Shown one piece after another: positions 17,667 to 26,618 of a stretch of 51,414 nucleotides of DNA (positions are counted from its first letter, which is position 1; each line of letters opens with the position of its first letter). Source of the stretch: a virus (lineage: Duplodnaviria > Caudoviricetes); IMG/VR virus record IMGVR_UViG_3300008448_000127, positions 1 to 51,414 of that record; one strand, 5' to 3'. The position numbers were made by a program, and so were the translations under genes. The notes beneath the pieces are model-generated. The model worked only from the letters and a program-made list of their open reading frames with translations. It searched no databases and had not been told where the DNA came from.

Positions 17667-18631
17667 CGGTAAGATACTTTCGGTCGAAGGCCAATGGTAG
17701 AACCAGTTAAACGGAAGTTTCGGAAACGCTCCAAAGTCCCTTCCATAAACGGATTGTAAAGCCCATAGGGGGTGGGCCAGTGAACTTTATTTACTTCATC
17801 CTTTCTCTGAGGGTGAGTCATGTACGTGTACCAGTCTAAGAATGCTTCGAGCATCGGATACAAGCACCCGTGCAGGAAACGCTGGAATCGTTCTTCGTCA
17901 GGTCTAATCCAGTATCTGAAGAAATGGTAACCACGATCGGTGTCGATTGCTTCAGCGATTCTGTTGCGGTACTCGGTGTCTGATTCCTTTGCTTTCTTAC
18001 GAGGTCCGCTGTAACCAAAACCCCCAGGTCGTCGTGAGTGCTGGTACCAGATCCTTTCAGGCAGACGACCATGTTTCGTAAAGAACATAAGCGTGTACAC
18101 ATTGACTTGAAGATTGAAGTCAATCTCTCTCGCCACATGTTGTTCATCCCATTCTCCACGACACTTGTGTTCAAAGATGATGTCAGAACCTTCCCCGTCA
18201 GTGTAACCGTTCAGGGTGATGGTGCGACCCGATGGGAGTATTACTTCGATCTTGTTCTTCGTTTCAGCCTCGGTGATACCGTACAGGTCGAAGTCTTTAC
18301 CGTATAGGTCAACAAAGGTCTTCACCTGAAGTTGAGCAAGTCCAGCCCACCATGTGATGTCATCGTATTCAGCGAACTTACTTAGTTGCTTCTGGCATTC
18401 ATTGTCGATGAACTTGGCAGCACCACGGACTTGACGAGTCTTAATGAACCCTTCAATGCCAGCACCTACTAGTGTACCGTACATCATGTTCTTGTTCCAT
18501 GGCTCAATTGCTTCCATGTCTCTGAGATAAGAGACTTCAAAAGCAATGCGATCGACTAGCCATAGTTCGAGTGCCGAGACGCTGAGACCATTAACTACGG
18601 GGTTCCAAAGAGGCTTCAATCTTACCATCAC
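17663..18631 (-). CDS. PD-(D/E)XK exonuclease (Cas4/RecB-like)
   Basis: Motifs LSVSAL, YGT, GYTD...FEHK, QVNVY. Confidence 0.75.
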   Translation of the reverse strand: MMVRLKPLWNPVVNGLSVSALELWLVDRIAFEVSYLRDMEAIEPWNKNMMYGTLVGAGIEGFIKTRQVRGAAKFIDNECQKQLSKFAEYDDITWWAGLAQLQVKTFVDLYGKDFDLYGITEAETKNKIEVILPSGRTITLNGYTDGEGSDIIFEHKCRGEWDEQHVAREIDFNLQVNVYTLMFFTKHGRLPERIWYQHSRRPGGFGYSGPRKKAKESDTEYRNRIAEAIDTDRGYHFFRYWIRPDEERFQRFLHGCLYPMLEAFLDWYTYMTHPQRKDEVNKVHWPTPYGLYNPFMEGTLERFRNFRLTGSTIGLRPKVSYR

Positions 18632-18938
18632 GAATATCCTGACAAAGTTGGGGGAAGTCTTTTAGGTGGATCACGACTAACGCATTTGATTTGTCTCCTA
18701 GTTCACCAAGGACGCAGACCGCTGTCTTCTTTTCGACAGCAGCTTTTTCACGTTCTTCGGCTACAAGTTTTCTGAGACCAAGATGATTTGATTGTGTGTA
18801 CTTGCAACTGATGAATAAATGAGGGTGTAATGAATCAGAGCGGGTCATCTTACTGTTCCCGCCACTTAGAGAGTTTCTGGTGGAGGAAAAGATACCTGCA
18901 ATGTAACGCTCAAATGCCTTCCAAGTTCCACGGTGCAT
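18591..18938 (-). CDS. Putative Holliday junction resolvase-like PD-(D/E)XK nuclease
   Basis: Pattern WKAFER...SGG...SD...FISCK. Confidence 0.65.
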   Translation of the reverse strand: MHRGTWKAFERYIAGIFSSTRNSLSGGNSKMTRSDSLHPHLFISCKYTQSNHLGLRKLVAEEREKAAVEKKTAVCVLGELGDKSNALVVIHLKDFPQLCQDIRDGKIEASLEPRS

Positions 18939-19120
18939 TGGTCTCGTCCATGAGTAAAAGGAGTGGGATTTCGCTGCAGTTCATCAGCATACCTGATAGA
19001 TTTGCCCACGATACGAATATGCTCCAACATTTACCCCTGTTGGACCGTCAACCAGCGACTCGGGTACTTCATCATTGCTGGACTGCCGTTTTGATGGGGA
19101 GGGACCGTCTGGGACGGTAA

Positions 19121-19192
19121 TTGACCGTTGTGGATTCGAACCACTTCGCTCCAGGATGCTTTACCATGTGGGCACTAGCCGCCTCCGGTCAA
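19121..19192 (-). ncRNA. tRNA-elbow-like RNA without an anticodon arm (copy A)
   Basis: 7-bp closing stem TTGACCG/CGGTCAA, hairpin with a TGGTA loop, and T-arm GTGG-TTCGAAT-CCAC. Confidence 0.55.
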
Positions 19193-19241
19193 CGACAGCC
19201 TTTTGATTGGCCGGACTGTCAGGGCATTCAAATGTCACATA

Positions 19242-20489
19242 CTACGATGGAAGTGTAGATGCTGTTTTTGGCTTTCGCTTAGGCCGAGGTCGCTTTGCAA
19301 CGGTTTCGGCCTGTGGTGCTTCGAAGGAGTCCTCCCCGGATTCATCATATGCCAATTCTGCTCCAGCTTCTTCGCCATGACTTCCATCGTCAGTTTCAGG
19401 CTTTGATTCTTTTTGTGCTGCTGTTTCAGCTTTCTTAGCAGCAGCACGTTCGAACTGAGCAGTATGGTAACCATCGAACATAATAGGAAATTCATTGTAT
19501 TCCTTCCGCTCTTTGGCGGTTAGAGAGACATCAGAAACTTTCAATCCAGTTCGGTCTTCCAGCAAAGCCTTAACAGCTTTGACGTAAGGACCAACCCAAT
19601 CACGATCACGATCCTTACTGCCTGGCTCAGCCGTCAGCTTGTTCCAGTAACCAGCGAGTACCCAAGCTGGGTCACCCTTCTCGTAACCAGTACCAACTGC
19701 CAGAGCGTTCAGGAAGGAATCGATCTTGTCTGACACTGACTCGTCAATAACGATATCGGCGTACTCAGTATCGATTGATGCAACGTATGACAGTGCTGCC
19801 AAGTAAGGTAGGCTCATTTTCAAACCCTTGTTCCCACCATCGCTGTCGTTTGCGTCCAGAACCATAGTCACGAACTTGTGTAGTTCCGTGTGAGTATTCT
19901 GGATGAAGGAAAGCATTTCCGAGATTAGGAACTTAGGGGCGGAAGACACCACAGCACCACCATCGATTAACCATACAAGACGGGCAGCACCAGCGAGGGT
20001 CTTCGTCCAAGCCTTACGCTTCGCAACAGTTTCATTCCAGGCTTCTGGGATGATACTGTCAACGTAAGGATCGCGGAACAGGACATCGCTGTGGGATCGA
20101 GCCTTTCCGGTGTCCACAGTATCGGCAGTGTCGTGAGGAACACCGCTGATGATAACTGCGTCCCATTCAGTCTGAGCAACAGGCCAATCAAAGCCTTTCT
20201 CAATTTCCTGTTGGGCAAAGATCAGACCTTGTAGGCGATGCTGACCGGAGATCAGGTGTTCGTTACCTTCTTCATCAATGCTGAAGATCAGTGGTTCACC
20301 GTTACACTTCCACTGTCCTCTGAGCATTTCGTTTGCGTACAACTTGGCAACACCCTTGGACATTGGACGGTTGCTGTTGTTCATGTTCTTCAGGCACTCC
20401 AGAGCAAACTTTGAGTTTACTCGGACTACCTTGGACTTGATTGGAGACTGTGACTTGTCGGCCTTTGAGAGTAATGTGTCAAGTTTCAT
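19242..20489 (-). CDS. ParB/Srx-like (DGQHR-type) domain protein
   Basis: Motifs NRP...YANEM..GQW..NGEPL...ISGQHRL...DTG..RS. Confidence 0.75.
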   Translation of the reverse strand: MKLDTLLSKADKSQSPIKSKVVRVNSKFALECLKNMNNSNRPMSKGVAKLYANEMLRGQWKCNGEPLIFSIDEEGNEHLISGQHRLQGLIFAQQEIEKGFDWPVAQTEWDAVIISGVPHDTADTVDTGKARSHSDVLFRDPYVDSIIPEAWNETVAKRKAWTKTLAGAARLVWLIDGGAVVSSAPKFLISEMLSFIQNTHTELHKFVTMVLDANDSDGGNKGLKMSLPYLAALSYVASIDTEYADIVIDESVSDKIDSFLNALAVGTGYEKGDPAWVLAGYWNKLTAEPGSKDRDRDWVGPYVKAVKALLEDRTGLKVSDVSLTAKERKEYNEFPIMFDGYHTAQFERAAAKKAETAAQKESKPETDDGSHGEEAGAELAYDESGEDSFEAPQAETVAKRPRPKRKPKTASTLPS

Positions 20490-20540
20490 GGGGGTCTTTC
20501 GTACAGGGTTAAAAATCGTTTTGTCGTTGCGACGGAGTGA

Positions 20541-20568
20541 AGTTTAGCGAATCAGGAAAGGGTGTCAA
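20541..20568 (-). promoter_or_regulatory. Sigma70-type promoter TTGACA-N16-TAAACT upstream of the replication genes
   Basis: Intergenic and near consensus; TCGC precedes the -10 box, as at 4800. Confidence 0.75.
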
Positions 20569-20576
20569 CAGTAGTT

Positions 20577-21326
20577 TCACAATTTTTCTGAGTCGAATGA
20601 TTTCGTACGTGTTCTTTGCGTCATGAAGTTTCTGAGAGAGGAAATACGTTGTTCGGCAAGTGGGTCTACAGTGCCGTCAAGGTACGGTGTTGAGCGACCG
20701 CACCAGTTGCGTCCTGCAGGTCCAAGATGAAGGCATTCGAACGGTGGGCGTAGCTTGTGCTGCTTTGGCCAGAGTTGCTGAAAGAAGCTATCAGCACCAC
20801 CAGCGTGCCGCCAGTTTGTTTGATGCCATGGAGCCTGTGGCAGGTGCGGGTCGTTAGCATGGAAGATTTGAGTGTACCCTGCCCATTCAACTTGCTGTGG
20901 ATGGAGCGGATAAGACTTCCAGTAAGGCTCTTGGGGGATTCCTGCAGACAGATCCTCGCACATACGGCGAAGTGGTGTGTAAAGGTAACCTGGAGTTAAT
21001 GTGCCTCCACGATCTTGGTCACATAGTGAAGGGACAAACTTAGGCCAGAGTACATCAGCGTCCATGATACACAACCAACCATGGCGACCGAATTCGTCCA
21101 AGCCTTCTTCTAAGGCTTTGAATTTGTTAAACACAGCACCGTTGTCGTAGAATGCCTCGGTCATATGCACGCGAGCATTGTTTTGTAGGCCGATGTGTAC
21201 TGTACTCAGATCGCGTGGTGTTGTGACGATCATGACTTCAGCGAAGTGGTGTCGGTTGTACGCGAGAGTAATGGCAAGTAGATCGGAGTAATTAACGCAG
21301 ACGATGATAGCACGAAGGGGTGTCAT
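20577..21326 (-). CDS. GT-A fold glycosyltransferase
   Basis: Motifs IIVCVNYSD, FNKFKAL, IMDADV (DxD), GYTQIF, LHLG. Confidence 0.8.
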   Translation of the reverse strand: MTPLRAIIVCVNYSDLLAITLAYNRHHFAEVMIVTTPRDLSTVHIGLQNNARVHMTEAFYDNGAVFNKFKALEEGLDEFGRHGWLCIMDADVLWPKFVPSLCDQDRGGTLTPGYLYTPLRRMCEDLSAGIPQEPYWKSYPLHPQQVEWAGYTQIFHANDPHLPQAPWHQTNWRHAGGADSFFQQLWPKQHKLRPPFECLHLGPAGRNWCGRSTPYLDGTVDPLAEQRISSLRNFMTQRTRTKSFDSEKL

Positions 21327-21333
21327 GGTGACC

Positions 21334-21927
21334 TCATGGCTTATGAATGACGTAGGACCAGGGCATGTACGAAACAATTTCTGAGATGAAATATACATCC
21401 AGACCTTGGGACTCTGCGAACTTAAATACGGCAGGCTGGATGTACTGAGACCATCCATGGTTTACTTCATTGACGCACACAATATCATGACCAGCAAGCA
21501 ATCCACCAGATTTTATCTTAGGCCACCACAGATTGATATCTTCTGTGACGAATGGTTCTTCGTGGTTCCCGTCAAGGTATACGAAGTCCAGTTCGCCGTC
21601 CTCAAATAACTGTTCTGCTGCTCGTTTCGATGTCATTCGAAAGCCGCAGCATCGTGGGTTGTATGGCGTAATCAGTTCTTTGAAGTGCTGGAAGTCTTGG
21701 TTTCTATCAACGCTATCCCACAGGTACTTAGCCTGCTCCTTGTACTCCGGCAGATTTTCCCAAGGGTCCACACAGTATAGATTTCCTTCCGTCCAGTGCT
21801 CAAGTATTTTAGCGGCGAACTCTCCACGATGTGTTCCCACTTCAACACCAGTACCGTGGAGACCCAGCTTGTTGAGGTACAGCCCGAACTGATCACGACT
21901 GTCGATTTCAATCTTAGATATGATCAT
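21334..21927 (-). CDS. Class I SAM-dependent methyltransferase (Methyltransf_24-like)
   Basis: Motifs VEVGTHRG, VDPW, DFVYLDGNH, WWPKIKSGGLLAGHD. Confidence 0.9.
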   Translation of the reverse strand: MIISKIEIDSRDQFGLYLNKLGLHGTGVEVGTHRGEFAAKILEHWTEGNLYCVDPWENLPEYKEQAKYLWDSVDRNQDFQHFKELITPYNPRCCGFRMTSKRAAEQLFEDGELDFVYLDGNHEEPFVTEDINLWWPKIKSGGLLAGHDIVCVNEVNHGWSQYIQPAVFKFAESQGLDVYFISEIVSYMPWSYVIHKP

Positions 21928-22670
21928 TAGGATATCCTACAAACAAATTCTGGGATGAGACTTCCAAGATGGCGACGATGAATCTTGTTGTGTCGATCTC
22001 TGACAATAACGTATGTTGGTGAGGTTTCCTTACCGTCATGTTCTTCAATAAAGATTTCCCCACCATCCGAGAACACACGCAACCCATGACCAAAATAACT
22101 TCGAGCAAACTCAATCTTAGTCGGATCATGGTTTGATTGAGCTTCTGGGCTGAAGCAGTACGTATACAGTACTTCGCTTATGTGGTACCTTGAAGGTTTA
22201 CATATCTTAAGCAGTGGTCGGTACCATAACTGATCGTCTGCATAGCCTAGCTTGTCAGACCAGGCTACTCTGGTAGCAACACTTTTCTTCCAGGCACACA
22301 GATGGTTGGAAGACATATGCCCTATTTCAGGTTTGTCTTCATCGCTATCAAGAATCCACATTTCACTAAACTTAGGAGCGTGCCTTGCCATGTTGAAGCT
22401 AACTACATCAGCATTAGATTTGATGCCTTCGAGTAGTAGCTGTACGTACCAAGCACTAACAAAGTCGTCATCATCAACGAACGCAATGTACTCTCCTTGT
22501 GCTTCCTGAGTTAGATGATTACGTTTTGCACCGCTGGTTAGAGTACCAGCATCAGCAAACCAAAGAACTTCTACATCACCAACAAATCGGAGTGCTTGAT
22601 GCTGAAGTTCTTTGATCAGTGGAGCGTAGTGGCGTGATTCTAAGCACGGCACAAGGATGGATAGCTTCAT
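21927..22670 (-). CDS. Family 2 glycosyltransferase
   Basis: Motifs LSILVP, GAKRN, GEYIAFVDDDD, ADD. Confidence 0.9.
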   Translation of the reverse strand: MKLSILVPCLESRHYAPLIKELQHQALRFVGDVEVLWFADAGTLTSGAKRNHLTQEAQGEYIAFVDDDDFVSAWYVQLLLEGIKSNADVVSFNMARHAPKFSEMWILDSDEDKPEIGHMSSNHLCAWKKSVATRVAWSDKLGYADDQLWYRPLLKICKPSRYHISEVLYTYCFSPEAQSNHDPTKIEFARSYFGHGLRVFSDGGEIFIEEHDGKETSPTYVIVRDRHNKIHRRHLGSLIPEFVCRIS

Positions 22671-22671
22671 G

Positions 22672-23136
22672 TCAGCGTCTTGAATTTCTTCTTTGAGTTA
22701 CCCTGTCTGCCCAGCGACAGTTTTCTGGGCAGTAGTTACCATTGTTATCAATGCGATCGAGCGTCAGATTGGAGGGTCGCAACCCCATATCAGCAAAAAA
22801 GTTTTCAAATACTAACCATCGTTCACAGACCGTAATACCTCTTTCGCCATAGTGTTTATAGTCAGGGCATTTTTTGTTACGGCACCGCGACAGCATATTC
22901 ATCCATATGGTGTACTCGGTACTTCGTTTAGTCTTTACAGAACCTGACATTCCGTGGGTAGTAATTTTATCTAAATGGTAGCATCCACAAGAGGATGTAT
23001 TGCCGCTGGTCAGTGCGTACTTCGGAGCATATGTGACGCCTCCGCAAAGGCACTCGCATTTCCAAAGCAAGTGTCTGCCTTTTGTTTTTCCCTCTTGTGC
23101 AACAACAGTTAGCCTACCGAAAGTTTGACCAAGCAT
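22672..23136 (-). CDS. HNH homing endonuclease
   Basis: Motifs [50 protein letters not shown]. Confidence 0.9.
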   Translation of the reverse strand: MLGQTFGRLTVVAQEGKTKGRHLLWKCECLCGGVTYAPKYALTSGNTSSCGCYHLDKITTHGMSGSVKTKRSTEYTIWMNMLSRCRNKKCPDYKHYGERGITVCERWLVFENFFADMGLRPSNLTLDRIDNNGNYCPENCRWADRVTQRRNSRR

Positions 23137-24060
23137 TTACTTCCCCAAGTATTGAACCACGATCCTATCCTTCTCCGGGGATAAGGTAGCAATATCTTCA
23201 AGTATGTGCAATAAATGCTTACTATTTTTCAGCTTAAAATTAGACATTTCTTCTGTGACGTGCGTTGCACTTTCATTTTGTGCAAGAGATCCGTGCCCGT
23301 TTAGAGGGACCAGGCAACGGTGACAATGGAACTCGACTTGTTTCTCGAAGTCCTGCATTGGTTTACGCCACCAACCTTTAGTTACTGACATACCTGTGTC
23401 TGGGTAATCAGGATTGTGCTGGTTCAGTATGGCTTGACTACCAGCGATCTCGCAAAAGAATGCTCGTAGCTCACCACGGAACTGGCACAGCATTGCACTC
23501 CAATGCCGATTGATAGGGCAGTTGCTGATTAGCTTCCAGCGTTCAGATTCTTCTGGGACGAACTTAGACATGTTGCCGTGGACTGGTGAGTGACGTGAGT
23601 CCTTGTCTAAACCAAATGGATGGGATTCTGGCCAGTCCTTTAGAAACTCGTGAAACGCTTCGTACTTCAAGTGTACGTTGAGGTTAGACATCGATGGATT
23701 GAATGTCTTCCTCATGACGGCACCATTACCACGAGGATGGTTACACCAAATACCGCATTTCTCTTTCGGAAAGTAGTTGCGGAGAATTGCACAGATATCT
23801 TCAAACTGTGGATGGAGTGCGGGATTTCCTCCAAAGATACCGATCAGTCCGAAGTATCCTTCCATGGACTGGAGTGCCAGTTCGAAGTTCTGGAGAGTAA
23901 TGAAGTCAGACTTTCCACCGAACTGTGAACCTTGTGTGCAGTTGCTGCACCCCAGATCGCAGGCACGGTTGAGATGGATCTGCATAACGCCGTTCATCCA
24001 TTTGCCCGGTCGTTGTGTTCCAGGAGGAATCATTTGTGCCAACGCTTCATGCTTGTTCAT
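23137..24060 (-). CDS. Radical SAM enzyme
   Basis: CDLGCSNC (CxxxCxxC), FGGNPALHP, and C-terminal cysteines including CHRC. Confidence 0.85.
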   Translation of the reverse strand: MNKHEALAQMIPPGTQRPGKWMNGVMQIHLNRACDLGCSNCTQGSQFGGKSDFITLQNFELALQSMEGYFGLIGIFGGNPALHPQFEDICAILRNYFPKEKCGIWCNHPRGNGAVMRKTFNPSMSNLNVHLKYEAFHEFLKDWPESHPFGLDKDSRHSPVHGNMSKFVPEESERWKLISNCPINRHWSAMLCQFRGELRAFFCEIAGSQAILNQHNPDYPDTGMSVTKGWWRKPMQDFEKQVEFHCHRCLVPLNGHGSLAQNESATHVTEEMSNFKLKNSKHLLHILEDIATLSPEKDRIVVQYLGK

Positions 24061-25108
24061 TGTAGATGTTCCTTAGTGCGTCAATTTGTTCAGTGAGCAG
24101 GAGGGTTTGAACTTTGTAGTCGTAGATGTTGCGAGCGTTACTTGCGTAGTGCCATTGGTGTTCGGGGTTCCAATGGGCAATGCAATCGAGGATTATCTTA
24201 CGTAGGTCAGACATTTCAATGTCAGGATGGACTCTTACCAGATTACCGTCGATTCCCGGCATAACGTCGTCGGCAGGTAGGTCAGTAATCACGATGCAAC
24301 CAGCAGCAGTTGCTTCGATAATCTTTCTGAGAGTGTAACCGTACATGCTGGACGTGCAGATGGCGACCTTAAACTCACTGAGGGTCTTCAGGTACTCTGG
24401 CGTGTTGCTTCCTCTACGATGGTATCCGGGGTGCTGCATATTAACAATAGGCATGTTGCGTTCAGCAAGGATACGCTTGCGTAGAGGGTAGGCACTAGAC
24501 ACTGCACCGGACATTAAGCAGCCACCTACACGCTCCGTATTGAATTCTGGAACAATCAACGGATCAAGTGTGTGGTACGTACGAATCAGATGCTGCTTGC
24601 GAGTGTACGGTGCCAGATGGTTGACAATGTCTTCGTGGTAGTAACATATCCACGCATGGCAACCCATTTCAGCAGCAGCCTCCGAGTGCCAGGCTGGACC
24701 TTGGTGCGAATCCTTTAGGATAGTCAATTTGAAGATATCGCTACGTTCAGCGAGGTAGTTGACATTGTGGAAGCGAGCGTTATGATCCCTGAAGTTTCTG
24801 GGATCGAAATGCCACTCACGTTTGTCCTGAATGACGAGCGTGTTGGGTGGGTATGCAGTTACCAATTTTCGAACGTCTGTGCATTCAATTGGTAAGGCAT
24901 AACCACAGTGTAGGTACCCGTTCTGGGCAAGACCGTGAGTGATCTGCCATCCTTCATCGGTCATGTGGTCCTTCATGGAGGCGACTCCGAGGACCAGACG
25001 GTGCTCACCAGCATTTAGTACTTCGGAGTACTTCGGTGCTGGTAGTTCAGGCGTAGCAGGTTTGGGCAGGGACGCGATAACGTCCGCAACTGTGCGAGGG
25101 GGCAGCAT
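24047..25108 (-). CDS. GT-B fold glycosyltransferase-like protein
   Basis: Pattern SGAVSSAYPLR, HPGY, EYLKTL..FKVAICTSS...RKIIEATAAGC. Confidence 0.75.
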   Translation of the reverse strand: MLPPRTVADVIASLPKPATPELPAPKYSEVLNAGEHRLVLGVASMKDHMTDEGWQITHGLAQNGYLHCGYALPIECTDVRKLVTAYPPNTLVIQDKREWHFDPRNFRDHNARFHNVNYLAERSDIFKLTILKDSHQGPAWHSEAAAEMGCHAWICYYHEDIVNHLAPYTRKQHLIRTYHTLDPLIVPEFNTERVGGCLMSGAVSSAYPLRKRILAERNMPIVNMQHPGYHRRGSNTPEYLKTLSEFKVAICTSSMYGYTLRKIIEATAAGCIVITDLPADDVMPGIDGNLVRVHPDIEMSDLRKIILDCIAHWNPEHQWHYASNARNIYDYKVQTLLLTEQIDALRNIYNEQA

Positions 25109-25122
25109 GGGGATGCTTTCTG

Positions 25123-26448
25123 TCAGGACATAAAATCAGGATCGAAACACTTGGATAGAGGGTGCTTGCGGTTACCGATAGACGACACTTCACCAGTATG
25201 CTGCACAAGTGAAGGATTATGTACGTACTCAGTCCACCCAGCATGGTGCATGGCAGTTACGACAGCACCGTCAATCGACTTAAAGCCTTTCTGTGAGTCA
25301 TAAACTCTTGTCTTCATGTGCGGGCTATTGAGAAGTACCTGAACGGCTTCATGACTGAACACCAGGGCAACTGCACCTCGACCAAGTTGGTACCCTTGTG
25401 GAGCACGAGCAGCAGGTACCCATCCCTTTGTCTTTACCTGCTGAACCATATCGTCATTCTCCATGAATGTAAATAGGTTCCAGTATCCTTTTTCGGGATA
25501 CGTGCATTTTGTCAAATAGGCACGTAAATTGCGTACGCACACAAAGTCATCCTGGAAGATAGCGTAGTACTGACACCATGGATCTCGAAGGTACATCTCC
25601 TGAAGAGTCAAGTACCAGTGAGCATAAGGTCCAATGTTGCTTCCACGGTAAGCGTACGTGTAACCCTGAAGCCAGTCAAATGACCCATCGTTTGGTCCGT
25701 CAACTGCAATAACAGGATCGTCGAAACCAGCAGCTTCCAGACTTTCCAGTGTAGATGGCAGCGAGTTGATTCTGGTCGGAACAGTAGTTACAGAGTACGT
25801 CCAGCGACCTGTAACCCACGGTACGGTAGTTGTAATTCTTTCGAGACCACCATTGACAAACTTGATCTCTTTACGAACCAATTCTTCGTAATCAGTGGTT
25901 GTAATGATTCTGCGATCAAAGTGCGGACTGAGGTTACCTAGTTTAATTGGGATATTAGAGGGTTTTGCCCAGGATTGAATACGCTTGACGTTTCCTTCAT
26001 GGACTGTGCCTACGACAACTTCTGAGGCAGGAACTTGTACTGGTGCCATCATTCGTATCTCACAGGCTTCTACGATCCATGAACGTACGATTTGAGAGGC
26101 AAGTGAAGGAGCGAGACGAGCAGCAAGCCTTTGGTACCACTTTGCTGCAATACGCTGCCCTCTGGCAACAATGCTATCGGCTAGTGGAATTGCTTGCCGT
26201 AACACCTGAGCAGGTGTCATGTAGTCAAGACGATCGATTTCTGCTTTACAGTCTGAGCACGGTACTTCGTTGCCGGTTTCTCGTTTGATAATTGCGTGCA
26301 GGCGAGTACCGATACCGCTGGGCGTCCGTACAAGGGTCTCTGCCTTTGGTGGCACGTTCCAACCTGCTAAAGCTGCTTTGTAGGCTTCAGCTTTGGGTCC
26401 GCCTTTATCGATCTCGTCTTGCCACACTTTGGGGATTTTGCGTTGCAC
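25123..26448 (-). CDS. GT-A glycosyltransferase with an N-terminal CxxC-containing domain
   Basis: Motifs VTTVPTR, IFQDDF, GAVALVF, PSLVQHTGEVS; N-terminal GIGTRL...CSDC. Confidence 0.75.
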   Translation of the reverse strand: MQRKIPKVWQDEIDKGGPKAEAYKAALAGWNVPPKAETLVRTPSGIGTRLHAIIKRETGNEVPCSDCKAEIDRLDYMTPAQVLRQAIPLADSIVARGQRIAAKWYQRLAARLAPSLASQIVRSWIVEACEIRMMAPVQVPASEVVVGTVHEGNVKRIQSWAKPSNIPIKLGNLSPHFDRRIITTTDYEELVRKEIKFVNGGLERITTTVPWVTGRWTYSVTTVPTRINSLPSTLESLEAAGFDDPVIAVDGPNDGSFDWLQGYTYAYRGSNIGPYAHWYLTLQEMYLRDPWCQYYAIFQDDFVCVRNLRAYLTKCTYPEKGYWNLFTFMENDDMVQQVKTKGWVPAARAPQGYQLGRGAVALVFSHEAVQVLLNSPHMKTRVYDSQKGFKSIDGAVVTAMHHAGWTEYVHNPSLVQHTGEVSSIGNRKHPLSKCFDPDFMS

Positions 26449-26450
26449 GG

Positions 26451-26618
26451 TTACTCTTCCTCAAGGACCGCTACTTGTTGTGCCTGAGCGTACGCTTCGT
26501 GCCTATCTCTGATTTCCAGAACGGCTTCAATCTGCTCTGAGGTGAAACCACTTAATGCGTACTGCAAGTGCTGGGATATTACAACGGCAAGGATACTAAC
26601 CAGAATAACGTATCTCAT
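26451..26618 (-). CDS. Small membrane or secreted protein (55 aa); missed by the ORF track
   Basis: MRYVILVSILAVVISQHLQYALSGFTSEQIEAVLEIRDRHEAYAQAQQVAVLEEE; ATGA-coupled. Confidence 0.55.
   Translation of the reverse strand: MRYVILVSILAVVISQHLQYALSGFTSEQIEAVLEIRDRHEAYAQAQQVAVLEEE

Noticed and set aside
17663-18631. Cas4 as part of a CRISPR-Cas system
   Set aside because: No other cas genes or array are present. Its position beside the Sak4-like ATPase and SSB indicates a recombination exonuclease.
18940-19100. Small gene between the resolvase and tRNA-like element A
   Set aside because: Only short or heavily overlapping frames without a clear RBS.
20577-26448. T4-like DNA glucosylation or Gtr-type O-antigen conversion
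   Set aside because: No hydroxymethylase or TET/JBP gene to make an acceptor base, and no membrane flippase or polytopic transferase. Disfavoured, but not formally excluded.
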